NCBI GenBank assembly: GCA_045536535.1
Contig: JAZSNS010000031.1
Location: forward strand, 64,934 to 128,933
Reading direction: 5' to 3'
DNA: 64,000 nt
From: Eubacteriales bacterium
Lineage (GTDB): Bacteria; Bacillota; Clostridia; Oscillospirales; CAG-382
Part shown: positions 1 through 9,928 of the stretch, one piece after another
Layout of the letters: each line of letters opens with the position of its first letter
Position numbering within the stretch: the first letter of the stretch is position 1
Made by a program: the position numbers and the translations under genes
The notes under the pieces: model-generated
Seen by the model: only the letters and a program-made list of their open reading frames with translations
Told to the model about the DNA's origin: nothing
Database searches by the model: none

Positions 1-179
1 GTAGGATCCTCGGAAATGATATAGCCGACGATCTGGTTGATAGGGTTATATCCCTTTTCAACAAGAGCATCATAAACGCTCTGAAGTTTTTCGCGCATAA
101 CTTCTTTATGTTGCTCCTGAACGGAGAACATCAAGGTTTTCTGCTTATTATCGACCGACTTTTGGTTCTTATCCTTCAT
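1..179 (-). CDS. IreB-family (UPF0297) small regulatory phosphoprotein; C-terminus cut by window edge
   Basis: Not in ORF track because it runs off the window. Minus-strand ATG at 177-179 is preceded by AAGGAGGG. Translation [59 protein letters not shown].. carries the [11 protein letters not shown] motif I associate with the UPF0297/IreB family. Confidence 0.75.
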   Translation of the reverse strand, partial: MKDKNQKSVDNKQKTLMFSVQEQHKEVMREKLQSVYDALVEKGYNPINQIVGYIISEDP

Positions 180-265
180 TTTCAACCCTCCTTGACCGAT
201 TGTCAGAAAGCACTTTTAAATATTATACAACAAACTTTTGTTCTTTGCAATAGTTTTTTGGTATT

Positions 266-2647
266 TTACGAACGAAGTACGATACCCTGTTCATTACTGA
301 GTTTTTTGAGTATCTTCTTAACGCCCGAATCAGCCTCTTCGTCGGTGAGCGTTCTATCCGAAAGACGGAACACCAACCTTACGGCAACGCTCTTCTTGCC
401 CTCTTCAACGCCTTTGCCGCAATAAACGTCAAACACAAACGCATCTTCAAGAGATTTGCCGGCATAAGAGCGGATATCAGAAAGAAGTTTTCCGGCTTCA
501 TGAGCTTTATCACAGATGAGCGCGATATCTCTTTCCATTGCAGGATAAACGGGAAGCGGAACATATCCGCGTTCGTTCTTTACTGCCTCAAAGAGCGATT
601 CAACGGAAATGATTGCCGCGCAAACGCCCTTGGGAAGATCATAGTTTTCACAAACAAGCGGATGGACCTCACCGATAATGCCGACATTTTTGCCGCCGAC
701 GTTAACGCCTGCACATCTTCCGGGGTGGAAAGAGGGGTCATCAGTCACGGCAACATATTCACGCGGAGAGATATTCAACCTTGTGAAGAGTGCTTCGGCA
801 TCGGCTTTCAGCTCATAAAATCCGCCGCAATCGGGCGTGAACGCGAAACAAAGCGATTTTTTCTCGTTCGAAAGGTCGCCATCGCGGAAATAAAGTGTCA
901 TGATTTCGGACATGCGGCACTTTTCAACTTTTCGGTTAACGTTTCTCGAAAGAACCTCGAGCATCGAAGGAAGCGGATGCGTGCGCATTACCGACGTATC
1001 TTCACCGAGCGGATTGATAAGGCGAATGAAATCGCGGAGTTCACTGTCTTCGGGAACGTTTATCTTATCGAGCGAGCGGGGAGATACGAAAGAATAGGTG
1101 CAGGATTCGCAATAACCCAAACCTGCCATTGCATCATTGATACGATAACGGAACGCTTCCTGAGGTGTTCTGCCGCCGAGGTCAGCCGCGCCCTTGAACA
1201 TTGTCGGTTCGATATTATCAAAACCGTAAAGGCGAACAACTTCTTCGGCAATATCAGCAGTGTTGATGATATCGCTGCGGTAAGGAGGAACAACAAGACC
1301 GCCGTTTCCGTCGGAAATAAGTTCAACAGACGCAAGAATCTTATCCATTTCATCATCGGAGATATTTGTGCCGAGAAGCGCATTTATCTTAGCGCGGTCA
1401 TATGTGACGGTACGTTCACCGATATCGGTGTTATTAATATCAATAATTCCCTCGACAACTTCACCGCAACCGAGAAGTGCAACAAGTTCAGCCGCACGGT
1501 CGACCGCAGGCAATGTGTTACACGCAGGCAAGCCCTTTTCAAATTTTGCCGAACTTTCGGTACGGAGACCAACCGCTTTTGAGGTCTTTCGAATGCTTTC
1601 GCGAGCAAAATTCGCACTTTCGAAAACAACGGTAACGGTATCGTCGGTGATCTCGCTGTTTTCACCGCCCATGACACCTGCAAGAGCAACGGCACGGCTT
1701 CCGTCAGCGATAACGAGCATTTCGGGAGTGAGTTTTCGGGTAACTCCGTCAAGGGTCACGATCTCTTCGCCCGCGTTCGCGTTGCGAACGTTGATTTCAC
1801 GGCTCTTGATATATTCATAGTCGAACGCATGCATCGGCTGACCGTATTCAAGCATTACGAAGTTAGTGATATCAACGATATTATTGATAGGTCTTACGCC
1901 TGCCGCACGGAGTTTTGCTCGAAGCCAGAGAGGCGAGGGACCGATCTTGACGTTCTTTACAACTCTTGCGGTATAGCGCGGACAAAGTTCTTTATTAAGG
2001 ATGTTGACCTTGATATAATCCGAAGCCTTTTCTCCCGAGACCTCAGGCACAATCGGTTCGGGAAGATTGGTTTCAACACCGAAAGTCGCGGCACACTCAC
2101 GAGCTATTCCGATGTAAGAAAGGCAATCGGGACGGTTAAACGTGAGTTCGAATTCAACAACGGTATCGTTGATCTTACATACGTCGCGGATATCGTCGCC
2201 GAGGTTGCATTCCTCTTCAAGAATGAAAATGCCGTCTTCGATAGCATAAGGAAAATCGTTGACCGACAAACCGAGTTCACCAAGCGAACAGAGCATTCCC
2301 TGCGAAAGAACACCGCGAAGTTTGCCGTTTTTGATGGTTTTGCCGCCGGGGAGTTTCGCACCGTCGAGACAAACGGGAACGACATCGCCCGCTTTAACGT
2401 TTTGCGCACCGGTAACGATCTGCAATTTTTCTTCGCTTCCGACGTCGATCTGACAGATGATAAGATGATCGGAATCGGGGTGCGGTTCGGTTGACATAAT
2501 TTTGCCAACGACAACCTTTTCGATATCGCTTCCGAGAACTTTATAACCCTCGACCTTTGTACCCGTCATGGTCATAGCGTCGCAGAAAGTTTTTATATCG
2601 TCGGGTAATTTAACATAGTCTTTAAGCCAATTAAGTGATACTTCCAT
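266..2647 (-). CDS. pheT: phenylalanine--tRNA ligase beta subunit
   Basis: 793-aa ORF with an N-terminal tRNA-binding domain (MEVSLNWLKDYV..), B3/4 and B5 regions and a C-terminal anticodon-binding-like domain. It lies directly downstream of pheS. Confidence 0.97.
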   Translation of the reverse strand: MEVSLNWLKDYVKLPDDIKTFCDAMTMTGTKVEGYKVLGSDIEKVVVGKIMSTEPHPDSDHLIICQIDVGSEEKLQIVTGAQNVKAGDVVPVCLDGAKLPGGKTIKNGKLRGVLSQGMLCSLGELGLSVNDFPYAIEDGIFILEEECNLGDDIRDVCKINDTVVEFELTFNRPDCLSYIGIARECAATFGVETNLPEPIVPEVSGEKASDYIKVNILNKELCPRYTARVVKNVKIGPSPLWLRAKLRAAGVRPINNIVDITNFVMLEYGQPMHAFDYEYIKSREINVRNANAGEEIVTLDGVTRKLTPEMLVIADGSRAVALAGVMGGENSEITDDTVTVVFESANFARESIRKTSKAVGLRTESSAKFEKGLPACNTLPAVDRAAELVALLGCGEVVEGIIDINNTDIGERTVTYDRAKINALLGTNISDDEMDKILASVELISDGNGGLVVPPYRSDIINTADIAEEVVRLYGFDNIEPTMFKGAADLGGRTPQEAFRYRINDAMAGLGYCESCTYSFVSPRSLDKINVPEDSELRDFIRLINPLGEDTSVMRTHPLPSMLEVLSRNVNRKVEKCRMSEIMTLYFRDGDLSNEKKSLCFAFTPDCGGFYELKADAEALFTRLNISPREYVAVTDDPSFHPGRCAGVNVGGKNVGIIGEVHPLVCENYDLPKGVCAAIISVESLFEAVKNERGYVPLPVYPAMERDIALICDKAHEAGKLLSDIRSYAGKSLEDAFVFDVYCGKGVEEGKKSVAVRLVFRLSDRTLTDEEADSGVKKILKKLSNEQGIVLRS

Positions 2648-2683
2648 TTACAGTTCCTTCCGTTGGATAAAATTCAAATTGAT

Positions 2684-3697
2684 TTAGAATTGTTTGAGGA
2701 AACGAGCATCGTTTTCAAACATCAAACGAAGGTCGTCGATACCCGACATGACCATTGCAACACGTTCAACACCCATGCCGAATGCAAAACCTGTATAAAC
2801 ATCGGGATCGATACCGCCGGCACGCAAAACCTCGGGGTGAACCATACCCGAACCGAGAATTTCCATCCAGCCTTCGCCTTTGCAAAGACGACAGCCTTTG
2901 CCGCCGCAAACAAAGCATGAAACGTCAACTTCCGCCGACGGCTCGGTGAACGGGAAATTGTGGGGACGGAAACGGGTTTTTGTTTCGGGGCCGAACATTG
3001 TTTTCGCAAAGGTGGAAAGTATGCCTTTGAGGTCGCCCATAGTTATGCCTTTATCAACCACAAGCCCTTCAAGCTGATGGAACATGGGAGAATGAGAAGC
3101 ATCGGCAACGTCACTTCTGTAAACTCTGCCCGGAGAGATGATACGGATAGGCGGTGTCATGCCACGCATCGCACGGATCTGAACGGGAGAAGTTTGGGTG
3201 CGCAAAAGCGTGGATTCGGTGATATAAAACGTGTCCTGAAAATCACGCGAAGGGTGATCGGCAGGTGCGTTAAGCGCATCGAAGTTATTGGTTACGGTTT
3301 CAACTTCGGGGCCTTCTGCAACGGTAAAGCCCATGTCGATAAAGATCTCGGTCATGCGTTCAAGCGCACGCGTTATAGGATGAATATGTCCTGCGTTGGG
3401 AGCGATCGCATCATAAGTAACATCAAGTTTTTCGGCAGCGAGACTGCGCGCCAATTCCAGCTTTTTGAGTTCCGCACCGCGAACTTCAAGCGCATTTTCA
3501 ATGCAGTTTCTGACATCATTCGCAACCGCGCCGATGATAGGTCTTTCTTCGGGAGAAAGCGAGCCCATGCCGCGCAAAATCGCGGTGAGAGCACCTTTCT
3601 TTCCGAGATATTTAATTCTTATTTCCTCCAAAGAGGTATCCGCAGCCTCGATTTCCGCAACTGCGTTCAATCTGATCAGTTCTAATTGTTGTTTCAT
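2684..3697 (-). CDS. pheS: phenylalanine--tRNA ligase alpha subunit
   Basis: 337-aa ORF with class II aaRS motifs (HPSRDFQDTFY, FRPHNFPFTEPSAEVD, GFAFGMGVERVAM). Confidence 0.97.
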   Translation of the reverse strand: MKQQLELIRLNAVAEIEAADTSLEEIRIKYLGKKGALTAILRGMGSLSPEERPIIGAVANDVRNCIENALEVRGAELKKLELARSLAAEKLDVTYDAIAPNAGHIHPITRALERMTEIFIDMGFTVAEGPEVETVTNNFDALNAPADHPSRDFQDTFYITESTLLRTQTSPVQIRAMRGMTPPIRIISPGRVYRSDVADASHSPMFHQLEGLVVDKGITMGDLKGILSTFAKTMFGPETKTRFRPHNFPFTEPSAEVDVSCFVCGGKGCRLCKGEGWMEILGSGMVHPEVLRAGGIDPDVYTGFAFGMGVERVAMVMSGIDDLRLMFENDARFLKQF

Positions 3698-3721
3698 TTA
3701 TAAATGCCTTTCTGACACTGC

Positions 3722-4825
3722 TTATTCAAGATAATCTTTAAGTTTCTTGGAACGGCTCGGATGACGGAGTTTACGCAAAGCCTTTGCCTCGATCTGGCGG
3801 ATACGCTCACGGGTGATGTCAAACACTTTGCCGACTTCTTCAAGAGTGCGGGGTCTGCCGTCTTCGAGGCCGAAACGGAGTTTGAGGACCGCTTCTTCAC
3901 GCGGAGTGAGGGTATGAAGCACTTCGAGAAGATGCTCGCGAAGCATCTGATAAGATGCGGCATCGGCAGGCGCGGGAGTGTTATCGTCAGCGATAAAGTC
4001 GCCGAGATGAGAATCCTCTTCCTCACCGATAGGCATTTCGAGCGAAACCGGTTCCTGCGCTATCTTCAAGATATCGCGAACCTTATCAACGGGCATATCC
4101 ATTTCTTTTGCGATTTCCTCATCAAGCGGATCTCTTCCCTTTTCTTGAAGAAGCTGACGCGAAACGCGGAGAACTTTATTGATGGTTTCAACCATGTGAA
4201 CGGGAATTCTGATGGTTCTTGCCTGATCGGCAATGGCACGGGTGATGGCCTGTCTGATCCACCAAGTTGCATAGGTTGAGAATTTGAATCCTTTGCCGTA
4301 ATCAAACTTTTCTGCGGCCTTCATAAGACCGAGATTTCCCTCCTGAATAAGGTCAAGGAAGAACATGCCACGGTTTACATAACGTTTTGCGATACTAACA
4401 ACAAGACGAAGGTTCGCTTCGACAAGTTGCTGTTTTGCAGCAAGGTCACCATGAGACATACGGTTTGCAAGTTCGAGCTCTTTTTCAGCCGAAAGAAGCG
4501 GAACTTTACCGATCTCTTTGAGATACATTCTCACAGGGTCATCAATAGAAACGCCCTCTTGGGTCAGGAGAGTATCAACGTCTTCGGGAGCCTCTTCAAA
4601 CTCTTCGTTTTCGATATCCTCATCGGGCATATCAAAGACAACGTTCGAGAGCTCGGTTGCGATCTCAATACCGTTGCGTTCGAGCGCTTCACAAGCCTTT
4701 TCAAGTTTTTCGATCGAAACATCGGTATCCGAAAGTGCTTTCAGAATATCGGCAACTTTAATCGTTCCGTTCTGCTTTGCTTCTTCGATCTGTTCGGGGG
4801 TAAAAGCGGACAAATCTCTATCCAT
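3722..4825 (-). CDS. sigA: primary RNA polymerase sigma factor (sigma-70/SigA)
   Basis: 367 aa. Region 2 is [19 protein letters not shown]; region 4 is [30 protein letters not shown]. The start overlaps the dnaG stop by 8 nt. Confidence 0.97.
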   Translation of the reverse strand: MDRDLSAFTPEQIEEAKQNGTIKVADILKALSDTDVSIEKLEKACEALERNGIEIATELSNVVFDMPDEDIENEEFEEAPEDVDTLLTQEGVSIDDPVRMYLKEIGKVPLLSAEKELELANRMSHGDLAAKQQLVEANLRLVVSIAKRYVNRGMFFLDLIQEGNLGLMKAAEKFDYGKGFKFSTYATWWIRQAITRAIADQARTIRIPVHMVETINKVLRVSRQLLQEKGRDPLDEEIAKEMDMPVDKVRDILKIAQEPVSLEMPIGEEEDSHLGDFIADDNTPAPADAASYQMLREHLLEVLHTLTPREEAVLKLRFGLEDGRPRTLEEVGKVFDITRERIRQIEAKALRKLRHPSRSKKLKDYLE

Positions 4826-6623
4826 TTGTGTCCTCCTGTATGTTAGACTTTTTATTTTTGATTTTATTTAAATACTCGTTAAGCGCTGCGGCAGGATCAG
4901 ATTCGATCTTTTTGTCATAGTCGTTACGCTCTCGGAGTGATTTAAGTGCTTCAATATGAGAATTAAGCGCCGAAAGGGTGATATCGCCGAGTTCAAGCCG
5001 CGATGCTCGGCAATTTTCAAGCGCGCCGATCTCTCGCGCGCTGAGCGCACCATCTTTTGAAAGAACGATTTCCCTGCCCGCCTCAAAATCTTCGCGGAAG
5101 AGGTTGAATATCTTCTTATTCAGCGCAGTTGCAAAATCGTTTTCGTCAAGCTTTTTGACCGCCTCGGGGCCGAAATCGCTCCTCAACAGCATGATACCGA
5201 GAATTGCTTCTTCATGAGATGCTTCCGACGAAAAACGGAGTTTATCGGAATTGGCGCTTCCGCCGAAACCGCTTTGTTCACGCAGAGCAACACGAGCCTG
5301 TTCGCGCCTTGCCTTGCCGTCCTGCTTTTTATAAAGCTGTTCTACCTCGGTGCGGATAGATTCCGCCGTCAAGCCAAGCTGTTCTGCGGCGCGAGACGCA
5401 TAAACTTCTCTTTCGGGTCGCGACGCAAGCGTTGCGATGAAAGCAGTGACCTCGGAAACGGCACGAAGTTTTTCCTCGGCAACCGAAACGTCAAAACGCG
5501 AAATGATCTCATTGATCCGATAATCGATCTGTCCCGAAGAACCGGTGAGTTTTGCACGGAAGGCGTTTGCGCCGAATTTTTTGATAAATTCGTCGGGGTC
5601 TTTTGCCTCTGTCCCCAAATTGATGATTTTTGTGTCAACGCCGACCTGATTCAAAAGATCGATACCTTTAAGCGTTGCTTTTCTGCCTGCTTTGTCTATA
5701 TCGTATGCGAGATAAACGGTCCGGCAATATCTTGCAATAATGCGAGCGTGTTCGGGTGTGATCGCCGTGCCGAGCGTTGCGATCGCGTTATCAAAACCCG
5801 CCTGATGCATCGCAATCGCATCGGGCGCGCCTTCGCACAAAATCAATGTTCCCGATTCGGTATTCTTTGCTATATTCAAACCGAAAAGGATGCGACTCTT
5901 TTTAAAGACGGGGGTATCTGACGTATTGATATATTTCCTTTCGTCTGCCTCATTGAGCCGTCTTCCGCTGAAAGCAACGACCTCGCCATTTGTGTCGAAA
6001 ACAGGGAACATCAAACGGTTGCGAAACATATCGAAAAGTCTGCCGTTTTTGCCTTCACCGCCCAAAAACGCGGTGCGGATTTCAAACGGGGTAAACCCTT
6101 TTGAAACAAGATATTCGCAAAGAGGAGCTTGTCCGTAAGGCGAATCCGGTGCATAACCGATGCCGAAACGCTTGACGGTAACCGAGGAAAACTGACGTTT
6201 TTCGAGATAGGCGCGTGCATGAGCGCCGTCAGGCGTCAACAGCGATTTATAAAAGAAACGAGCCGCTTCACGGTTGAGTTCAAGCATCCTGTCACGTTTC
6301 ACCGTCGGTTCGGCAGAGCGTCGTTCATAATTCTCCTCGACCTTGATTCCCGCGCGTTTCGCAAGAAATTCGATAGCCTCACGGTAGTCGAGATTTTCGG
6401 TCTGCATGACAAAGGTGACAACATCACCGCCCGCACCGCAGCCGAAACAATAATAACTTGAAGTTGCGGGAAACACAGTGAAAGAAGGGGTGCGTTCGCT
6501 GTGAAACGGGCAACGGCCGACAAGGTTTCCGCCCGCACGTTTGAGCGTTACGGTGCGCCCGATGACTTCTTCGATATTATTACGCATTTTCAGTTCTTCC
6601 AAAAATTCACGGGTAAACGCCAT
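4818..6623 (-). CDS. dnaG: DNA primase
   Basis: 601 aa with an N-terminal CHC2 zinc finger ([22 protein letters not shown]) and a TOPRIM domain ([11 protein letters not shown]). Confidence 0.96.
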   Translation of the reverse strand: MAFTREFLEELKMRNNIEEVIGRTVTLKRAGGNLVGRCPFHSERTPSFTVFPATSSYYCFGCGAGGDVVTFVMQTENLDYREAIEFLAKRAGIKVEENYERRSAEPTVKRDRMLELNREAARFFYKSLLTPDGAHARAYLEKRQFSSVTVKRFGIGYAPDSPYGQAPLCEYLVSKGFTPFEIRTAFLGGEGKNGRLFDMFRNRLMFPVFDTNGEVVAFSGRRLNEADERKYINTSDTPVFKKSRILFGLNIAKNTESGTLILCEGAPDAIAMHQAGFDNAIATLGTAITPEHARIIARYCRTVYLAYDIDKAGRKATLKGIDLLNQVGVDTKIINLGTEAKDPDEFIKKFGANAFRAKLTGSSGQIDYRINEIISRFDVSVAEEKLRAVSEVTAFIATLASRPEREVYASRAAEQLGLTAESIRTEVEQLYKKQDGKARREQARVALREQSGFGGSANSDKLRFSSEASHEEAILGIMLLRSDFGPEAVKKLDENDFATALNKKIFNLFREDFEAGREIVLSKDGALSAREIGALENCRASRLELGDITLSALNSHIEALKSLRERNDYDKKIESDPAAALNEYLNKIKNKKSNIQEDTNG

Positions 6624-6656
6624 TGTTGCCCTCCTTCCCTGATGATGAAATGATAA

Positions 6657-7655
6657 TTATTTATACTGCCAAACCTTTGGCACGAAAAGTTCGTTGAAAC
6701 AACCCAAAGCATAACGGTCGGTCATACCTGCAATAAAATCGGCGGTGACAATTTCGATCCCGTCGCGTTCGGCATATTTCATATATTCTTTCGGAATTGA
6801 TTCGGAATGCGACAGGAAATATTCATAAAGAAACGTGAGCATGCTGATAACTTTGTTATCCTCGCTCATTGTGATTTCGTTGCGATAAACCGATTCAAAC
6901 ATAAACTCACGGAGATTATCCATTGCTTCTGCATACGGCGCAACCAGCCCGATGCCGTTTTCCACACCGTGGTTTATCGTAGCCTGAACCAGCGTTGTTA
7001 TTCTTTGGCTATGTGTAGTTCCCAAAAGTTCACTGATTTCTTTGGGAATATCGTTGATGTTAAGTATTCCCGCACGGGCGGCATCGTCGATATCGTGATT
7101 AATATAAGCGATACGGTCGGCGATCTTAATTATCCTGCCCTCAAGAGTTGAAGCCGAAACGGCACCGGTGTGACAAAGAATTGCCTCGCGGACTTCAAAA
7201 GTTAAGTTAAGTCCCTCGCCCTCATTTTCGAGATAATCCACAACACGAAGGCTCTGTTCATTATGACGAAACCCCTCGGGAAGAAGACGGTCGAGCGCCC
7301 TCTCGCCCGAATGGCCAAAGGGGGTATGGCCGAGATCATGTCCCAACGCGGCGGCTTCGGTCAGATCTTCATTAAGATGCAGAGCGCGAGCGATCGTTCG
7401 CGCGATCTGAGCGACTTCGAGAGTATGGGTCAATCTGGTTCGATAATGATCGCCCTCGGGCGCCAAAAACACCTGCATTTTATTCATCAAACGGCGAAAA
7501 CTCTTGCTATGGGTAATACGGTCGCGATCGCGCTGAAATTCGCTTCTGACAGGACATTTCTCGACAGGACGAAGTCTGCCGCGAGTATCTTTCACATGAA
7601 AAGCAGCTTCGCAAAGAATGGTCTGTTCAAAGTCAAGCGTTCCGTCTTTGATCAT
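6657..7655 (-). CDS. dGTP triphosphohydrolase-like HD-domain phosphohydrolase
   Basis: HD motif is RLTHTLEVAQIAR...GHDLGHTPFGH. The start is placed at the internal ATG (MIKDGTLDF..) because it follows GGAGGAAACAAA. The ORF track start at 7718 lacks an RBS. Confidence 0.9.
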   Translation of the reverse strand: MIKDGTLDFEQTILCEAAFHVKDTRGRLRPVEKCPVRSEFQRDRDRITHSKSFRRLMNKMQVFLAPEGDHYRTRLTHTLEVAQIARTIARALHLNEDLTEAAALGHDLGHTPFGHSGERALDRLLPEGFRHNEQSLRVVDYLENEGEGLNLTFEVREAILCHTGAVSASTLEGRIIKIADRIAYINHDIDDAARAGILNINDIPKEISELLGTTHSQRITTLVQATINHGVENGIGLVAPYAEAMDNLREFMFESVYRNEITMSEDNKVISMLTFLYEYFLSHSESIPKEYMKYAERDGIEIVTADFIAGMTDRYALGCFNELFVPKVWQYK

Positions 7656-7810
7656 TTTGTTTCCTCCGTAATAATGGGTTTTCGATGAGCGTCGACACAG
7701 AATTTTATTTCTATACACGAATATATACGCTCAATCAACTCGATTTACTTTTTTCTTTCAAAATTTTTTAAAAATTTTATCGTTTGTCTATTTCTTTTTG
7801 AGGTATATCC

Positions 7811-7839
7811 TTGTCTTTTCAGATTTAACGTGATATAAT
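7811..7839 (+). promoter_or_regulatory. sigma-A-type promoter for the DUF5685/J-protein operon
   Basis: TTGTCT (7811-7816), 17-nt spacer, TGATATAAT extended -10 (TATAAT at 7834-7839), about 45 nt upstream of the ATG at 7883. Confidence 0.5.
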
Positions 7840-7882
7840 ATAATTTGATTTTAATTTATAAATATAACAAACGGGAGGATAA

Positions 7883-8737
7883 ATGTTCGGATATATAAGG
7901 CCTGTCAAGGGCGAACTTTACGTTAAAGACAGCGAATTTTATTCTGCCGTTTATTGCGGACTCTGCCGATACGGGGGAAAGAACATTTCGCATCTGACAC
8001 GTTGGCTTTTGAATTACGACTTCGTTTTATTGGCGTTGCTTCGAATGTCGCTTTCCGGCGAAGAAGTTTGCGTTGAAAAGAAACGTTGCCCATATAAACT
8101 CAAAAAGAAAAACTGTGCCTGTGCGGACGAAAGTTATTCTTTTGTCTGCTCAGCGTTCGGATTGCTGACTTACGGCAAACTTCTTGACGATATAAAAGAC
8201 GAAAAAGGTTTGAAACGTTTCGGCAAAAAACTCGCGAAACCCATTTTTTCTCATATCAGCAAGAAGTCAGACAATTTTGACGGTTTGAAAGACATTGTTA
8301 AGCGAGGTCTCGATGCCACCGACAAAGTCGAGGCCGAAAAATGCGATTCTATCGACAAAGCCGCTGACGGTTTTGCCACAATGATGAAGGAAATCGCGTC
8401 CTACGGGCTTAACGGCGACAAAGCGCTCATTGCGGAAAACTGCGGATATCACATCGGCAGATTTATCTATATAGCAGACGCTTTTGACGATCTCGAAGCA
8501 GATGAGAAAAGCGGAAATTATAACCCTTTGATTTTAAAATACGGATGTGCTCAAAAGGCCATCGAAAACTCCGAAAGCATCAAAGAAACTCTGTTTGACA
8601 GTCTAAATGCCTTTTCTAACCATTATGCATTAAGTCTTTCCGAGCCGTTAAACGGTATTGACAGGCTTATTTTCAACATAACCGAACTCGGCGGAAGAAA
8701 CGCCGTTGAGCGAATTACCGAAAGGAAAAACAAATAA
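7883..8737 (+). CDS. DUF5685-like hypothetical protein
   Basis: 284 aa with RBS GGGAGGA. The N-terminus [30 protein letters not shown] resembles the DUF5685 family as I recall it. No recognisable catalytic motif. Confidence 0.7.
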   Translation: MFGYIRPVKGELYVKDSEFYSAVYCGLCRYGGKNISHLTRWLLNYDFVLLALLRMSLSGEEVCVEKKRCPYKLKKKNCACADESYSFVCSAFGLLTYGKLLDDIKDEKGLKRFGKKLAKPIFSHISKKSDNFDGLKDIVKRGLDATDKVEAEKCDSIDKAADGFATMMKEIASYGLNGDKALIAENCGYHIGRFIYIADAFDDLEADEKSGNYNPLILKYGCAQKAIENSESIKETLFDSLNAFSNHYALSLSEPLNGIDRLIFNITELGGRNAVERITERKNK

Positions 8738-9354
8738 TGACCAATCCTTATGAAGTTCTCGGGGTCTCGGAAAACGCATCTGACGAGGAAATCAAAAAGG
8801 CCTACCGAAAACTTGCAAAACAATACCACCCCGACAATTACGTTGACAACCCGTTGAAGGACCTTGCGTCAGAAAAGATGAAGGCTATCAACGAAGCTTA
8901 CGACACGATACAAAAGCAACGCGCATCAGGAGGAAATCGCGGCGGTTCTTACGGTTACGGACAAGGCGGTTCCAACGCCTATGGCGACACGGGCTTCACT
9001 CGCATTCGCAGGCTAATTAACTCGAATAGGATCAACGAAGCCGAAACGCTCTTAAACGGTATGAATGCCGCCGATCGCAACGCAGAATGGCATTTTTTAA
9101 TGAGTCTTGTTTTTTATCGCAAAGGTTGGCTTCAAGATGCGAGAAACGAAATCAACACGGCTTGTTCAATGGATCCTTATAATCAGGAATACCGCGCTTT
9201 TCAGCAACGAATGAGCAGCGGTTCTTACCAAAGCCCTTATGCAGGCATGAACACAAATTCAAGGGAATGCACCGGTTGCGACATCTGCCAAGCACTTTTG
9301 TGCGCCGATTGCTGTTGCGAATGCATGGGCGGAGATATTATCAGGTGCTGTTGA
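8737..9354 (+). CDS. J-domain protein with Gly-rich linker, TPR-like segment and Cys-rich C-terminal tail
   Basis: J domain is NPYEVLGV...[12 protein letters not shown]. The C-terminus [28 protein letters not shown] has 10 Cys in 28 residues. TAATG stop/start overlap with the upstream gene. Confidence 0.9.
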   Translation: MTNPYEVLGVSENASDEEIKKAYRKLAKQYHPDNYVDNPLKDLASEKMKAINEAYDTIQKQRASGGNRGGSYGYGQGGSNAYGDTGFTRIRRLINSNRINEAETLLNGMNAADRNAEWHFLMSLVFYRKGWLQDARNEINTACSMDPYNQEYRAFQQRMSSGSYQSPYAGMNTNSRECTGCDICQALLCADCCCECMGGDIIRCC

Positions 9355-9355
9355 C

Positions 9356-9871
9356 ATGAAAAAGGCAAAAAAAGTTGCTTTCTCGGGGGTATTCACCGCG
9401 CTATGCACCGTTTTGATGCTCATCGGTTCGCTTTTTCAAAGCCTTGATCTCAGCGCGGCGGCATTCGGAAGCATCGTTGTGCTCATTGCCGTTATCGAAC
9501 TCGGCAAAGGTTGGGCGTTAGGTGTTTATATTGCGAGTTCATTGCTTTCGTTGATTTTATTACCCAATAAATCAGCGGCGGTCATCTTTGCTTTATTTAC
9601 GGGTTTTTATCCCATTATCAAGGTTTTTTTGAACAAAATCAAACCGATTTTTCTTTCATACATCATCAGAGTTGTTTTTTGCAACCTCGCACTTTCGCTT
9701 TTGATCTTTCTTTCGGTCAAAGTGTTTGGTCTTACCGAGGATCTCATCGGTTTTAATTTTTTGATTTATTTTGTTGCAAACGTTACGTTCATTGTTTACG
9801 ATTTTGCGCTCGAACGCATCGCCGTGACATACGTTTCGCGCTTGAAACGCTTGATTTTCCGCAAGCGATAG
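9356..9871 (+). CDS. polytopic membrane protein, function unknown
   Basis: 171 aa with about five hydrophobic helices. It starts 2 nt after the J-protein stop. Confidence 0.8.
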   Translation: MKKAKKVAFSGVFTALCTVLMLIGSLFQSLDLSAAAFGSIVVLIAVIELGKGWALGVYIASSLLSLILLPNKSAAVIFALFTGFYPIIKVFLNKIKPIFLSYIIRVVFCNLALSLLIFLSVKVFGLTEDLIGFNFLIYFVANVTFIVYDFALERIAVTYVSRLKRLIFRKR

Positions 9872-9928
9872 TTGACAAACATTCCTGCGCGTGATATAAT
9901 TATATGATATTTTTTTCGGAGGTTCTCC

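Noticed and set aside
108-425. ORF 108-425(+), which spans the ireB-pheT spacer.
   Set aside because: It overlaps the IreB-family gene and the pheT 3' end in antisense. It has no RBS and a low-complexity L/S-rich translation.
500-1582. Long ORFs antisense to clearly identified genes. Examples: 500-1582(+), 1829-2494(+), 2960-3685(+), 13544-14236(-), 23533-24687(-), 33588-34517(+), 40397-41335(+), 42263-43045(-), 46921-47769(-), 49659-50459(-), 51099-51902(-), 51871-53337(-), 53338-54039(-), 55639-56580(-), 58816-59787(-), 62295-62936(-).
   Set aside because: Each lies entirely opposite a gene with strong family motifs. They lack RBS-like sequences and have shadow-frame composition (rich in R/F/N/C, no recognisable motifs). 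They are treated as non-coding shadows.
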